A program made the translations under genes and the position numbers. Below, piece after piece: positions 9,831 to 19,052 of a stretch of DNA of 32,508 nt. The notes under the pieces were generated by a model, which was given only the letters and a program-made list of their open reading frames with translations, had not been told where the DNA came from and made no database searches. The stretch is from the NCBI GenBank assembly GCA_041491545.1, contig JBGPVE010000003.1, forward strand, positions 1 to 32,508. Reading direction: 5' to 3'. The DNA comes from Gemmatimonadota bacterium. GTDB lineage: Bacteria; Gemmatimonadota; Gemmatimonadetes; Gemmatimonadales; GWC2-71-9. Each line of letters opens with the position of its first letter. The stretch's first letter is position 1.

Positions 9831-10235
9831 ATGACCGGCGGCGAGAGCGAGCATCGCGTTCGCCTCGACAAGTGGCTCTGGGCGGCGCGATTCTTCAAGA
9901 CCCGCGCACTGGCCGTCGAGGCGATCGAGGGCGGCAAGGTGCAGGTGAACGGCGGACGCGCCAAGCGAGCCAAGATGCTGCGGGTGGGTGACGAGGTGCG
10001 AGTGCGACAGGGACCCTTCGAGTTTCATCTCGTGGTGCGGCAACTCTCGGAGCGGCGCGGCCCCGCGAGCGTCGCGGCCGGCCTCTACGACGAGCGCGCG
10101 GAGGGCCGCGAGGCGCGGGAGCGCCTGGCGTTGCAGCTCAAGCTCGCGCCGCCCGCCTTCGCCTACGAAGAAAAAGGCCGGCCCACCAAGCGGGACCGGC
10201 GCACGTTGGAGCGTTTTCGGGACCGGGACGACTGA
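9831..10235 (+). CDS. hslR: Ribosome-associated heat shock protein Hsp15 (S4 domain)
   Basis: VRLDKWLWAARFFKTRALA, RRGPASVA..LY.E and GRPTKRDRR. Start is ATG 9831 or GTG 9807; the 5' extension in the ORF track is not credible. Confidence 0.93.
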   Translation: MTGGESEHRVRLDKWLWAARFFKTRALAVEAIEGGKVQVNGGRAKRAKMLRVGDEVRVRQGPFEFHLVVRQLSERRGPASVAAGLYDERAEGREARERLALQLKLAPPAFAYEEKGRPTKRDRRTLERFRDRDD

Positions 10236-10241
10236 GGCGGG

Positions 10242-11498
10242 CTACATATTCTCGACCATGGCCCGCGCAAACCCGCTGGTCGATACAAGGGTGGCGCCGG
10301 TCATCAGCCGCTCGAAATCGTACGTGACCTTGCGCTGGGCGATGGTCCGATCGAGCGACGCGATGATCAGATCCGCCGCCTCGGGCCAGCCCATGTACCG
10401 AAACATCATCTCCCCCGACAGGATGAGCGACCCCGGATTCACCTTGTCCTGGCCCGCGTAACGCGGCGCCGTCCCGTGGGTGGCCTCGAACACGGCGTGC
10501 CCGGTCAGGTAGTTGATGTTGGCGCCCGGCGCGATCCCGATCCCGCCCACCTGCGCCGCGAGCGCGTCCGAGATGTAATCGCCGTTGAGGTTGAGCGTGG
10601 CGATGACGCCGTACTCCCGCGGGCGCGTGAGGATCTGCTGCAGGAACGCATCGGCGATGACGTCCTTGATGACGATGCCGTTGGGCAGCTTGCACCACGG
10701 CCCACCGTCCACCTCGGTGGCTCCGTATTCGTCCTTGGCCACCTGGTAGCCCCAATCGCGGAAGGCGCCCTCGGTGAACTTCATGATGTTCCCTTTATGG
10801 ACCAGCGTCACGCTCTGATATCCCTGCGCCACCGCGTAGTCGATCGCCGAGCGGATCAAGCGCTTGCTGCCGTCCTCCGACACCGGCTTGATTCCGATGG
10901 CGCTCGACTCCGGAAAGCGGATCGACTGCGCACCGAGCTCCCGCTGCAGGAAGTCGATCAGCCTCCGCGCCTCCGGGGACCGCGCCTTGTACTCGATTCC
11001 GGCGTAGATGTCTTCGGTGTTCTCCCGGAAGATCACCATATTGACGTCTTGCGGCGCCTTGACAGGCGAGGGCACCCCCTCGAAATACCGCACCGGGCGC
11101 ACGCAGGCGTAGAGATCGAGCTTCTGTCGCAGTGCCACGTTGAGCGACCGGAAGCCGCCGCCCACCGGCGTGGTCAGCGGGCCTTTGACCGCCACGAGAT
11201 GGTGATCGATCGCCATCAACGTGTCGTCGGGCAGCCAACTGTTGACCTGGTTCTTCGCTTTTTCGCCGGCGAGCACCTCGAACCATACGATGCGGCGGTC
11301 GGCGCCGTATGCCTCACGAACGGCGGCGTCGAAGACAAGCTTGGCGGCGCGCCAGATATCCGGGCCGGTGCCGTCGCCCTCGATGAACGGAATGATCGGA
11401 TAGCTCGGCACCTGCAACCGCCCATCGCGCATCGTGATCGATTCGCCTTCGGCGGGTGCCCGGAGCGCTTTGTAGACGGGTGCGGAAACGGAAGCCAT
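10242..11498 (-). CDS. icd: NADP-dependent isocitrate dehydrogenase (E. coli-type dimeric)
   Basis: [32 protein letters not shown] (contains the AceK-target Ser), [22 protein letters not shown] and FEATHGTAP. Confidence 0.97.
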   Translation of the reverse strand: MASVSAPVYKALRAPAEGESITMRDGRLQVPSYPIIPFIEGDGTGPDIWRAAKLVFDAAVREAYGADRRIVWFEVLAGEKAKNQVNSWLPDDTLMAIDHHLVAVKGPLTTPVGGGFRSLNVALRQKLDLYACVRPVRYFEGVPSPVKAPQDVNMVIFRENTEDIYAGIEYKARSPEARRLIDFLQRELGAQSIRFPESSAIGIKPVSEDGSKRLIRSAIDYAVAQGYQSVTLVHKGNIMKFTEGAFRDWGYQVAKDEYGATEVDGGPWCKLPNGIVIKDVIADAFLQQILTRPREYGVIATLNLNGDYISDALAAQVGGIGIAPGANINYLTGHAVFEATHGTAPRYAGQDKVNPGSLILSGEMMFRYMGWPEAADLIIASLDRTIAQRKVTYDFERLMTGATLVSTSGFARAMVENM

Positions 11499-11551
11499 GG
11501 GAGCCGTGATGGTTGGAGAATGAGCGACCGCTCTAAAATAGCCGAGCGCCG

Positions 11552-13273
11552 ATGAACGGCAACGGTCGGGCCGAGCGTGCGGCGGCGATGATCATGGCCG
11601 AGTTCCAAGGCTATGGCGCCGCTTTCTCGGCGATCACCTGCCGCGCCAAACATCGCTTCGAGACCCGCGACTGGCGCGGAACCCAGAGCGACGCGGCCGC
11701 CCGGCTCGCGCTCTACCGCCGCCACGTCGACGAGCTGGTCATCGATCTCGGTCAACTCCTCGGCTCCGCCCTGCCCGACCGAGCGACTTGGGCGCGGATC
11801 CGCTCCATCTACGCCGGGCTGTTCGAAGGCCGGCACGACGCCGAGCTAGCCGAGACGTTCTTCAATTCCACCAGCCGGCGGGTCCTCGGCACGGTCGGCG
11901 CCGACCCACTCGTCGAGTTTCTCGGCTTTCCCGCGAGCGGCCCGCTCGAGCGCACCGGGCCCATGATCTTCGACACCTATCGCGACGACGGGACCATCCA
12001 CCGGCTCATCCAGCGGTTGCTCGCCGGCTGCGCCTGGAGCGTGAGCTACGAGGACCTCGAGCGCGACGCGGCGCTGGTGGCTGAGGCGGTGGACGCCAGG
12101 CTCCGCGAGATGGACTGGGCCGACGGGCCGGTCGAGATCGATCTGCTTCGGGCGCCGTTCTATCGAAACAAAGGCGCGTATCTCGTGGGCCGGATCCACT
12201 GCGGCCTCGAGCCGATCCCGCTGGTGCTGCCTTTGATCCACGGGGAGCACGGTGTCGTCGTCGACGCCGTCTTGCTCACCCAGGACGAAGCGAGCGTCGT
12301 CTTCGGCTTCAGCTGGTCGTACTTCTTCGTCGACGCGCCCCATCCCCGCGGGCTCATCACGTTCCTCAATTCCATCATGCCCAACAAGCGGGTCGACGAA
12401 TTGTACACGTCGATCGGGCACAGCAAGCACGGCAAGACCGAGCTCTACCGCAGTCTCATGCGTCATCTGGAGGGGCCGGATGCCAGATTCGCCTTCGCCG
12501 AAGGCGACGAAGGCATGGTGATGGGGGTCTTCACCCTGCCCTCGTTCAACGTGGTCTTCAAGATCATCAAGGACACGTTCATCGCGCCGAAGAACACCAC
12601 GCGGAAGGCGGTGATGGACAAGTACCACTTCGTCTTCCAGCACGATCGGGTGGGCCGGCTGGCCGACGCCCAGGAGTTCGAGCAGTTGGAGTTTCGCCGC
12701 CGCTGCTTTCCCGACGACTTACTCGCCTACCTGCTCCGCGTCACGGGCGGCAGCGTGCAGGTGGACGGCGAACGGATCGTGGTGCGCCACCTCTACACCG
12801 AACGGCGCGTCACGCCGCTCAATCTCTTCCTGGAGCAGGCCGACGATGCCGCGGCGCGGGACGCGATCTTGGACTATGGAAACGCGATCAAGGATCTGGC
12901 GGGGGCGGACATATTCACCGGGGACATGTTGCTCAAGAACTTCGGCGTGACGCGTAACGGACGGGTGATCTGCTACGACTACGACGAGCTCTGCCTGCTC
13001 CAGGAGTGCAGCTTCCGCCGAATCCCGCCGCCGCGCGACTTCGATGACGAGTTCGCCGCCGAGCCGTGGTTTCACGTCGGCGAGCACGACATCTTTCCGG
13101 AGGAGTTCAGCGCCTTTCTCGTGCCGGCCGGGAGGCTGCGGGAGACCTTTCTCGCGGCCCACGGCGACCTGCTGACGGTGGATCTCTGGAGGAGCGTGCA
13201 GCAGCGGCTGGGCACCGGGGAGATCTTCGACTTTTTCCCTTATAAGCAGAACCGCCGCCTGCACCGGCCGTAG
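11552..13273 (+). CDS. aceK: Bifunctional isocitrate dehydrogenase kinase/phosphatase
   Basis: [64 protein letters not shown] and YDYDE. Confidence 0.96.
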   Translation: MNGNGRAERAAAMIMAEFQGYGAAFSAITCRAKHRFETRDWRGTQSDAAARLALYRRHVDELVIDLGQLLGSALPDRATWARIRSIYAGLFEGRHDAELAETFFNSTSRRVLGTVGADPLVEFLGFPASGPLERTGPMIFDTYRDDGTIHRLIQRLLAGCAWSVSYEDLERDAALVAEAVDARLREMDWADGPVEIDLLRAPFYRNKGAYLVGRIHCGLEPIPLVLPLIHGEHGVVVDAVLLTQDEASVVFGFSWSYFFVDAPHPRGLITFLNSIMPNKRVDELYTSIGHSKHGKTELYRSLMRHLEGPDARFAFAEGDEGMVMGVFTLPSFNVVFKIIKDTFIAPKNTTRKAVMDKYHFVFQHDRVGRLADAQEFEQLEFRRRCFPDDLLAYLLRVTGGSVQVDGERIVVRHLYTERRVTPLNLFLEQADDAAARDAILDYGNAIKDLAGADIFTGDMLLKNFGVTRNGRVICYDYDELCLLQECSFRRIPPPRDFDDEFAAEPWFHVGEHDIFPEEFSAFLVPAGRLRETFLAAHGDLLTVDLWRSVQQRLGTGEIFDFFPYKQNRRLHRP

Positions 13274-13280
13274 ATCGTGG

Positions 13281-14843
13281 CTACCGGAACAGCCGAAAGA
13301 AGAGCGCGAACACCTTGCGCACCTTGGGCGTGAGCTTTCCGCGCCGCCAGGTGTCCGCCGCTTTCCGGAACACCTCGGCCTGGGTCGGGTAGGGATGGAT
13401 CGTGCGTCCGATCCCGGATAGGCCGACGCCGTTCACCATCGCGACTCCGATCTCGCTGATCATGTCGCCCGCGTGCTCGGCTACCAGCGTGGCGCCCAGA
13501 ATCTGATCGGTCCCGCGCTTGAGGTGGACCCGTAGAAAGCCATCGGTCTCCCCGTCGAGCACCGCGCGATCGACCTCCTCGAGCGGCAGCGTCACCGTAT
13601 CCACCGCATGGCCGGCCGCGACAGCGTCCTTCTCGTACATGCCCACGTGCGCGATCTCGGGGCTCGTATAGGTGCACCACGGCATCACCAGCCGACTGGC
13701 CCGCGCGCGGCCGAAAAAGAGCGAGTTCTGAATGGCGATCCGCGCCAGGAAGTCGGCGGCATGGGTGAACTGGTACTCGGAGGCGATGTCCCCGACCGCG
13801 TAGATCCGCCGGTTGGACGTCCTGAGTCGATCGTCGACCGCGACGCCCGCCTTGCTGTACGCCACGCCGGCCGCCTCCAGGCCGAGCCCCTCGACATTCG
13901 GTGCCCGGCCGACCGCCACGAGGATCTGGTCGGCCGGGATCCGCTCTTCCCGCCCATCCCGCTGCACGTACACCATCGTCTCATCGCCCTGCCGCTCCAC
14001 ACGTACAACTCGGCTCCCGTGCAGGAACGTCACGCCGTCATGCCGCATCACCCGCTCGACGATGGCCGCCGCCTCGGCGTCCTCCCGCGGCAGCACGTGC
14101 GGCGCGTTGCTCACCACGGTCACGGCGCTTCCAAAGCGCGCGAACGCCTGCGCCATCTCACAACCGATGGGCCCGGCTCCGATCACGACCATTCGAGCCG
14201 GCAGCTCGGTCAACGAGAAGATGGTCTCATTGGTGAGATATCCCACTTCCGCAAGCCCGGGAATGGGCGCAGCCGCCGCACGGGCTCCCGTCGCGATGAT
14301 GGCCCGGCGGAAGCGCAGCGACTTGCCGTCCACCTCGACCCGGTCGGGAGCCACGAAGCGGCCCTGGCCGAGGAATACATCCACTCCCAGATCCCGAAAG
14401 CGCGGCGCACCGTCGATCGGGCTGAGCCCGGCGCGAAGCCGCCGCATGCGCTCCATCGCCGCGCCGAAGTCCCCGTCGCGCGCCGCGGAAGGTCCGCCGA
14501 ACACTTGACGCGCGGTCGCCGCTTCCTGCCAGGCCCGCGCCGCACGGATGATTCCCTTCGAGGGGACGCACCCCACGTTGAGGCAGTCGCCGCCCATGAA
14601 GTGACGCTCGATGAGCGCCACCTTCGCCCCGAGACCGGCGGCCCCCGCCGCGCTCACGAGCCCGCCCGTGCCGGCGCCGATTACGACCAGGTGATAGCGA
14701 TCCTTGGGGGTGGGATTGACCCACCGGGGCGGATGGACATTCTCGAGGAGCTTGCGGTTGTGCTCGTCGAAGGGCTCGATCCGGAGGTTCCCCCCGGCGG
14801 GTTCCACCGCGTCCGGCCTACGAACGGGAGTGCTCAGGCTCAC
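13281..14843 (-). CDS. Class I pyridine nucleotide-disulfide oxidoreductase (LpdA/MerA-like family, not a true MerA)
   Basis: GAGTGG FAD motif, redox-active GGDCLNVGCVPSK, GAGPIG and HPYPTQAE. No NmerA domain and no C-terminal Cys-Cys. Confidence 0.88.
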   Translation of the reverse strand: MSLSTPVRRPDAVEPAGGNLRIEPFDEHNRKLLENVHPPRWVNPTPKDRYHLVVIGAGTGGLVSAAGAAGLGAKVALIERHFMGGDCLNVGCVPSKGIIRAARAWQEAATARQVFGGPSAARDGDFGAAMERMRRLRAGLSPIDGAPRFRDLGVDVFLGQGRFVAPDRVEVDGKSLRFRRAIIATGARAAAAPIPGLAEVGYLTNETIFSLTELPARMVVIGAGPIGCEMAQAFARFGSAVTVVSNAPHVLPREDAEAAAIVERVMRHDGVTFLHGSRVVRVERQGDETMVYVQRDGREERIPADQILVAVGRAPNVEGLGLEAAGVAYSKAGVAVDDRLRTSNRRIYAVGDIASEYQFTHAADFLARIAIQNSLFFGRARASRLVMPWCTYTSPEIAHVGMYEKDAVAAGHAVDTVTLPLEEVDRAVLDGETDGFLRVHLKRGTDQILGATLVAEHAGDMISEIGVAMVNGVGLSGIGRTIHPYPTQAEVFRKAADTWRRGKLTPKVRKVFALFFRLFR

Positions 14844-15603
14844 CGGTCACCTCCTGCAGGGCGCGGCGCGCCGTACGGGTCACGACTGTGGTGACGACGA
14901 CCGTCGCCAGGAGTCCGAGCCCCAAGACCGCGTAGTATCCCGCACCGCGGGCCGGCGCCGCGCCGCTGGCCAACGCGGCCACGTCGCCCGCCAGCTTGCC
15001 GGTATAGACGTAGAGGATCGTGCCGGGGAGAATTCCGAACATCGCCAGGGCGTAGTCGGTGAAGCGCACCCGGGTGAGGCCCAGCGCATAGTTCGACAGA
15101 CTGAACGGAAAGACAGGCGAGAGCCGAACCAGGGTGACGATCTTCCGTCCCTCCCGCGCGATGGCCCGGTCGATGGCGGCGAATCGCTGGTTGCCGGCCA
15201 GCTTTCGCTCGATTGCGCCGCGAGCCGCGTAGCGGGCGATGAGAAACGCCGCGGAGGCTCCGAGCGACGCGCCCACGAACACATAGAGCACGCCGCGCGC
15301 CAAGCCGAAAATCGCGCCGGCCGCCAATGTGAGCAGCGAGCCCGGGATGAACGCGACGCATGCGACGATATATCCGCCGATGAATGCGATGGGACCCCAT
15401 GCGCCCAAGCTGTTGACCCACCCGGCGAACTGCGGCACGTAAACTCCCACCCGGCGGCCTAACAGTACAAATCCTACCACGACCGCAAGCGTCACCAGCA
15501 CACGAATGACAGTCGCTCGACGCCCTGAAGGCGTTGCCGATGTGGCGCTCATCGCCAGAGTCGCTGATGTCGTACGCTCATCGGCCATGTGATATGCTCT
15601 CAT
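14818..15603 (-). CDS. DedA/TVP38/TMEM64 (SNARE-associated) membrane protein
   Basis: PGSLLTLAAGAIFG, GASAAFLIARY, RLSPVFPF..NYALG and GILPGT motifs. Overlaps the oxidoreductase start by 26 nt. Start could be 15588. Confidence 0.9.
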   Translation of the reverse strand: MRAYHMADERTTSATLAMSATSATPSGRRATVIRVLVTLAVVVGFVLLGRRVGVYVPQFAGWVNSLGAWGPIAFIGGYIVACVAFIPGSLLTLAAGAIFGLARGVLYVFVGASLGASAAFLIARYAARGAIERKLAGNQRFAAIDRAIAREGRKIVTLVRLSPVFPFSLSNYALGLTRVRFTDYALAMFGILPGTILYVYTGKLAGDVAALASGAAPARGAGYYAVLGLGLLATVVVTTVVTRTARRALQEVTGEPEHSRS

Positions 15604-15612
15604 GCCGGCCCG

Positions 15613-15638
15613 AATGCCGGTCGGAATCAGAAGGTTCC
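15613..15638 (-). promoter_or_regulatory. Possible ECF-sigma promoter for the dedA operon
   Basis: Minus strand reads GGAAC-N16-GCATT, resembling ECF (EcfG-type) promoters. Confidence 0.3.
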
Positions 15639-15651
15639 CGCCGGCGTGAAT

Positions 15652-16176
15652 CTACGGGCTTGGCGGCCCCGGGCTAGCGGGGGCGCGGCGCGGAGTGTCG
15701 GCATCCAGACCCGAGCGCCACCTTCGCGCCATCGACGCCGGCACGAGCACGACCTGAACCGTGCCAGACGGCTGGAACACAATTTCGCCGAACGGGACCA
15801 GGTGATGGCGCGCGGAATCGCCCGGGCTGGCACACCAAAAGCTCATCTCCCCGTGACCGGCCACCGAATCGCCCCAGGCCAGGGCACAGTGCCCCACCCG
15901 CCGGGCGACGGCGGAATCTCCCAAGGTCACTTGAAGCCGGACGCCGCTCACCTTACGCGGCTCCTTCCGCAGCAGCTCGAGCCGATTCACCTTCCCGACC
16001 GATTGGCCATCCAACTGGAACGGCAGAGTCGTCGCCAGCGGAATCGAGATCGGATCGGCGGAGCGGACGAGCTGGCGCACGCCATTGATACCATTGCGAG
16101 CCAATGAGATAAGAATCATCCCCCCGGCGAAGATCGCCAGGGCACGGAGCCCGATTCGAAGCCAGTATCGCTGCAT
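15652..16176 (-). CDS. Membrane-anchored exported protein with an MCE/MlaD-like segment
   Basis: GAGGTG SD before ATG 16176 and one N-terminal TM helix. FQLDGQSVGKVNRLEL...GVRLQVTL resembles the MCE-domain pattern V.l.Gv.VG.V..i.l. Confidence 0.6.
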   Translation of the reverse strand: MQRYWLRIGLRALAIFAGGMILISLARNGINGVRQLVRSADPISIPLATTLPFQLDGQSVGKVNRLELLRKEPRKVSGVRLQVTLGDSAVARRVGHCALAWGDSVAGHGEMSFWCASPGDSARHHLVPFGEIVFQPSGTVQVVLVPASMARRWRSGLDADTPRRAPASPGPPSP

Positions 16177-16226
16177 GGGGCACCTCGGGGATCGCGGGAA
16201 ACGGTACATCGCCTGTTTCAGTAAGA

Positions 16227-16253
16227 AACGAGCCGACGAGCCGCTTTGTTTCA
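16227..16253 (-). promoter_or_regulatory. Possible ECF-sigma promoter for the MCE-like gene
   Basis: Minus strand reads TGAAAC-N17-CGTT. Confidence 0.35.
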
Positions 16254-16281
16254 CTTCCGCCGACGTGCTTGATTTGATCCC

Positions 16282-17058
16282 GTGCCCCACACCGCCCCTC
16301 CCAGCATCGACCTGAACGCCGATCTCGGCGAAGGATTCGGGGTCTGGCCCGCCTCGGCCGATCGGGAGTTATTGTCGCTCGTGACGTCCGCCAGCATCGC
16401 CTGCGGCTTTCACGCCGGGGACCCCGTGCTCATGCGGAGCACCGTGGCGGAGGCAGCCCGCCTGGGCGTCGTCATCGGCGCACACCCCGGCTATCCGGAT
16501 CTCCAGGGTTTCGGCCGGCGCGACCTCGCCGCCTCGCCCCGGGAAGTCGGCGCGTACGTGATCTACCAGGTCGGCGCGCTGGCTGCCTGCGCGGCCGCCG
16601 CCGGATCGCGGGTGCGCTACGTGAAGCCGCACGGCGCGCTCTATAATCGTGCGGCGCGCGATCTCGAGATCGCCCGAGCCATCGCCGAAGCGGTACGCCT
16701 GGTGGATCGCTCGCTCGCATTGCTGGGCTTGGCGGGCAGCGAGATGATACGCGCGGCGGAGGAGGCCGGGCTCGAAGCCGTGCCGGAAGCGTTCATCGAT
16801 CGCGGCTATCTCTCGGACGGCTCGCTGGTACCGCGCGGCGCTCCGAACGCGCTGATCGAGGATCCCGCGGCCGCGGCGAATCGCGCGCTACAACTGGTGC
16901 GGGACCGGCGGGTGCAGGCCGTCGACGGGACGGTGGTCCTCATCGCCGCGCGGTCGCTCTGCGTACACGGCGACGGCCCGAGTGCAGTGACTCTCCTTCG
17001 CGCGGTACGTGGGCGCCTCGAGGCCGAAGGGGTCACGCTCGCGCCATTCGCGCCGTGA
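16282..17058 (+). CDS. pxpA: 5-oxoprolinase subunit A (LamB/YcsF family)
   Basis: IDLNADLGEGFG, IACGFHAGDP, GAHPGYPD..GFGRR, VKPHGALYN and CVHGD. Confidence 0.95.
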   Translation: MPHTAPPSIDLNADLGEGFGVWPASADRELLSLVTSASIACGFHAGDPVLMRSTVAEAARLGVVIGAHPGYPDLQGFGRRDLAASPREVGAYVIYQVGALAACAAAAGSRVRYVKPHGALYNRAARDLEIARAIAEAVRLVDRSLALLGLAGSEMIRAAEEAGLEAVPEAFIDRGYLSDGSLVPRGAPNALIEDPAAAANRALQLVRDRRVQAVDGTVVLIAARSLCVHGDGPSAVTLLRAVRGRLEAEGVTLAPFAP

Positions 17059-17711
17059 GCGACCCGCCGCACTTTGCCCCGCTCGGCGATTCGGCGCTCA
17101 CCATCCGGTTTGGCCGAGGCATCGATCCCCGCCTCAACGCACGGGTCACCGCGGCGGCGTACGGAATCCGGGAGCTCGCCCTCCCGGGCGTCCTCGACGT
17201 GGTGCCCGCCTACGACTCCTTAGCGGTCTTCTTCGATCCACTCGCGCTCGATCCACGGCTGCTCGAGGAGCGCCTGCGCGGCGCGATCGGGCAGGGAAAC
17301 AGCGCGGCGCCCGGCGTCGGCACCGGCCGAACCCACCTCGTGCCGGTGCGCTACGATGGCCCGGACCTCGAGTGGGTCGCCGCGCAAGTCGGGCTCTCGC
17401 GGGACGAGGTCATTCGTCGCCATGCGGAGCCGACGTACCAGGTGTACTTCCTCGGGTTCGTGCCCGGCTTTGGCTATCTCGGTCCCCTCGATCCCAGTCT
17501 GGTCCTTCCCCGTCGCTCCGAGCCGCGCCGGCGGGTGCCTCCAGGCAGCGTCGCCATCGCGGGTGCGCAGACCGGCATCTACCCGCTCGAGACGCCGGGC
17601 GGATGGCATCTTCTCGGGCGGACCGATCTCGTGCTCTTCGACGCGCAACGCGAGCCACCCAGTCTTTTCGCGCCGGGCGACCACGTGCACTTCGTGCCGG
17701 TGGCGTCGTGA
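17055..17711 (+). CDS. pxpB: 5-oxoprolinase subunit B (KipI/allophanate hydrolase 1)
   Basis: PLGDSAL, VVPAYDS, GFVPGFGYL, GSVAIAG.QTGIYP.ETPGGW. GTGA overlap with pxpA. Confidence 0.95.
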   Translation: MSDPPHFAPLGDSALTIRFGRGIDPRLNARVTAAAYGIRELALPGVLDVVPAYDSLAVFFDPLALDPRLLEERLRGAIGQGNSAAPGVGTGRTHLVPVRYDGPDLEWVAAQVGLSRDEVIRRHAEPTYQVYFLGFVPGFGYLGPLDPSLVLPRRSEPRRRVPPGSVAIAGAQTGIYPLETPGGWHLLGRTDLVLFDAQREPPSLFAPGDHVHFVPVAS

Positions 17712-18661
17712 TCACAGTCATCAAGGCCCCGCCGTTCGCCACGGTACAGGATCTGGGACGCAGCGGGCACAGGAGCGTGGCGGTTCCTCCGGCGGGCGCG
17801 CTCGATCGTCGCGCTATCCAGATCGGCAATCTGCTGGTCGGCAACGAGACCGGTGCCGCCGCGGTCGAATGGGCCATCGGCGCCGGAGAGATTCGCTTCG
17901 ACTGCCGCACGACCGTGGCACTCACCGGCGCCTCCGCCGACGTCGAGCTGGCCGGCCGGGTGGCATTGCCCCATGCGGCGCTCAATGTGGTACCGGGAGA
18001 CACGCTGCGCGTCAATCGATTGGTCCAGGGGAGTTGGCTCTACATCTGTGTCGCCGGCGGGATCGAGGTGCCGCCCGTGCTCGGGAGCCGATCGACCTAT
18101 CTGCCGGGATCTTTCGGCGGCGTGGCCGGACGCACCCTTCGCGCGGGGGACCGGCTCCCGATCGGAACGCCCGCTCGCCCAAGACTCGCGGGCGCCGGTG
18201 AGAGTGAGCGCGCCGGCGAGATCACCGATTGGGGTACCCCGCATTCCGCGGCGCCTCTCGCAGTCCTGGCAGGCCCAGACCGCCGGTTTCTGCCGGACGC
18301 CGAGTGGGCACGGTTCCTCGATACCGAGTTTCGGGTCTCCAACGCCGTGAATCGATCGGGATACCGACTCCACGGACCGGCGTTTCACCCCGACGCGCCC
18401 GCCGATCTCCCTTCGGTGCCCACGTGCGCGGGCGCCATTCAGATTCCGGTCGATGGCAACCCGATCGTGCTCATGCCCGATGGACCGACGGTGGGTGGCT
18501 ACCCGATCGTCGCGGTCATCATCTCGACTGAAATCGGCCGGCTGGCGCAGCGGCGCCCGGGAGAGGGAGTTCGCTTTCACCAGGTCGAGCTTGCCGCCGC
18601 GCGCGATGCATTGCGTCGAGACGCGGCCGCTCTCGAGCGGCTCGCGCGCGCCAGCTCATGA
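17708..18661 (+). CDS. pxpC: 5-oxoprolinase subunit C (KipA/allophanate hydrolase 2)
   Basis: TVQDLGR.G, GALD, LGSRSTY, R.GYRL.G, GAIQIP.DGNPIVL..DGPTVGGYP. GTG 17708 forms a GTGA overlap with the pxpB stop. Confidence 0.93.
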   Translation: MITVIKAPPFATVQDLGRSGHRSVAVPPAGALDRRAIQIGNLLVGNETGAAAVEWAIGAGEIRFDCRTTVALTGASADVELAGRVALPHAALNVVPGDTLRVNRLVQGSWLYICVAGGIEVPPVLGSRSTYLPGSFGGVAGRTLRAGDRLPIGTPARPRLAGAGESERAGEITDWGTPHSAAPLAVLAGPDRRFLPDAEWARFLDTEFRVSNAVNRSGYRLHGPAFHPDAPADLPSVPTCAGAIQIPVDGNPIVLMPDGPTVGGYPIVAVIISTEIGRLAQRRPGEGVRFHQVELAAARDALRRDAAALERLARASS

Positions 18662-18788
18662 TCAGCGCCCCCGCCCCGTGACTCCGATCACACCCGGCTT
18701 CGGTCAAAAACGATAGCTTCGATCGCCGCGAGTGGCGCAGCCGAGTCCATCGGCCGGCGCTCGGCTCGCCCCGCCGAAGGAGCATGGT

Positions 18789-19052
18789 ATGTCGGTTCTG
18801 GCCTGGATCATTCTCGGTTTGATTGCGGGTTTCATCGGAAGTAAGATCGTCAACAAGACGGGTGAGGGGATCGTGCTGGACATCGTGCTCGGCATCATTG
18901 GCGCCGTCGTTGGCGGATGGCTGTTCAACCGCTTCGGCGAGCCGGGGGTGACCGGCCTGAATATCTGGAGCCTGCTGGTGGCCGTGATCGGGGCCATCGT
19001 CGTGCTGGTGATCTACCACGCTATCGTCGGAAGCTCGCGGCGACGGGTCTAA
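18789..19052 (+). CDS. GlsB/YeaQ/YmgE-family stress-response membrane protein
   Basis: WIILGLIAGFIG, IVLGIIGAVVGGWL and SLLVAVIGAIVVL. AAGGAG SD upstream of ATG 18789. Confidence 0.92.
   Translation: MSVLAWIILGLIAGFIGSKIVNKTGEGIVLDIVLGIIGAVVGGWLFNRFGEPGVTGLNIWSLLVAVIGAIVVLVIYHAIVGSSRRRV

Noticed and set aside
13281-14843. Mercuric reductase merA / mer operon
   Set aside because: No C-terminal Cys-Cys, no NmerA domain, and no merR/T/P nearby.
17009-17707. 5' extension of the 550-aa ORF suggesting a PxpB-PxpC fusion or extra domain
   Set aside because: It overlaps pxpB in another frame. The true start is GTG 17708 with a GTGA coupling.
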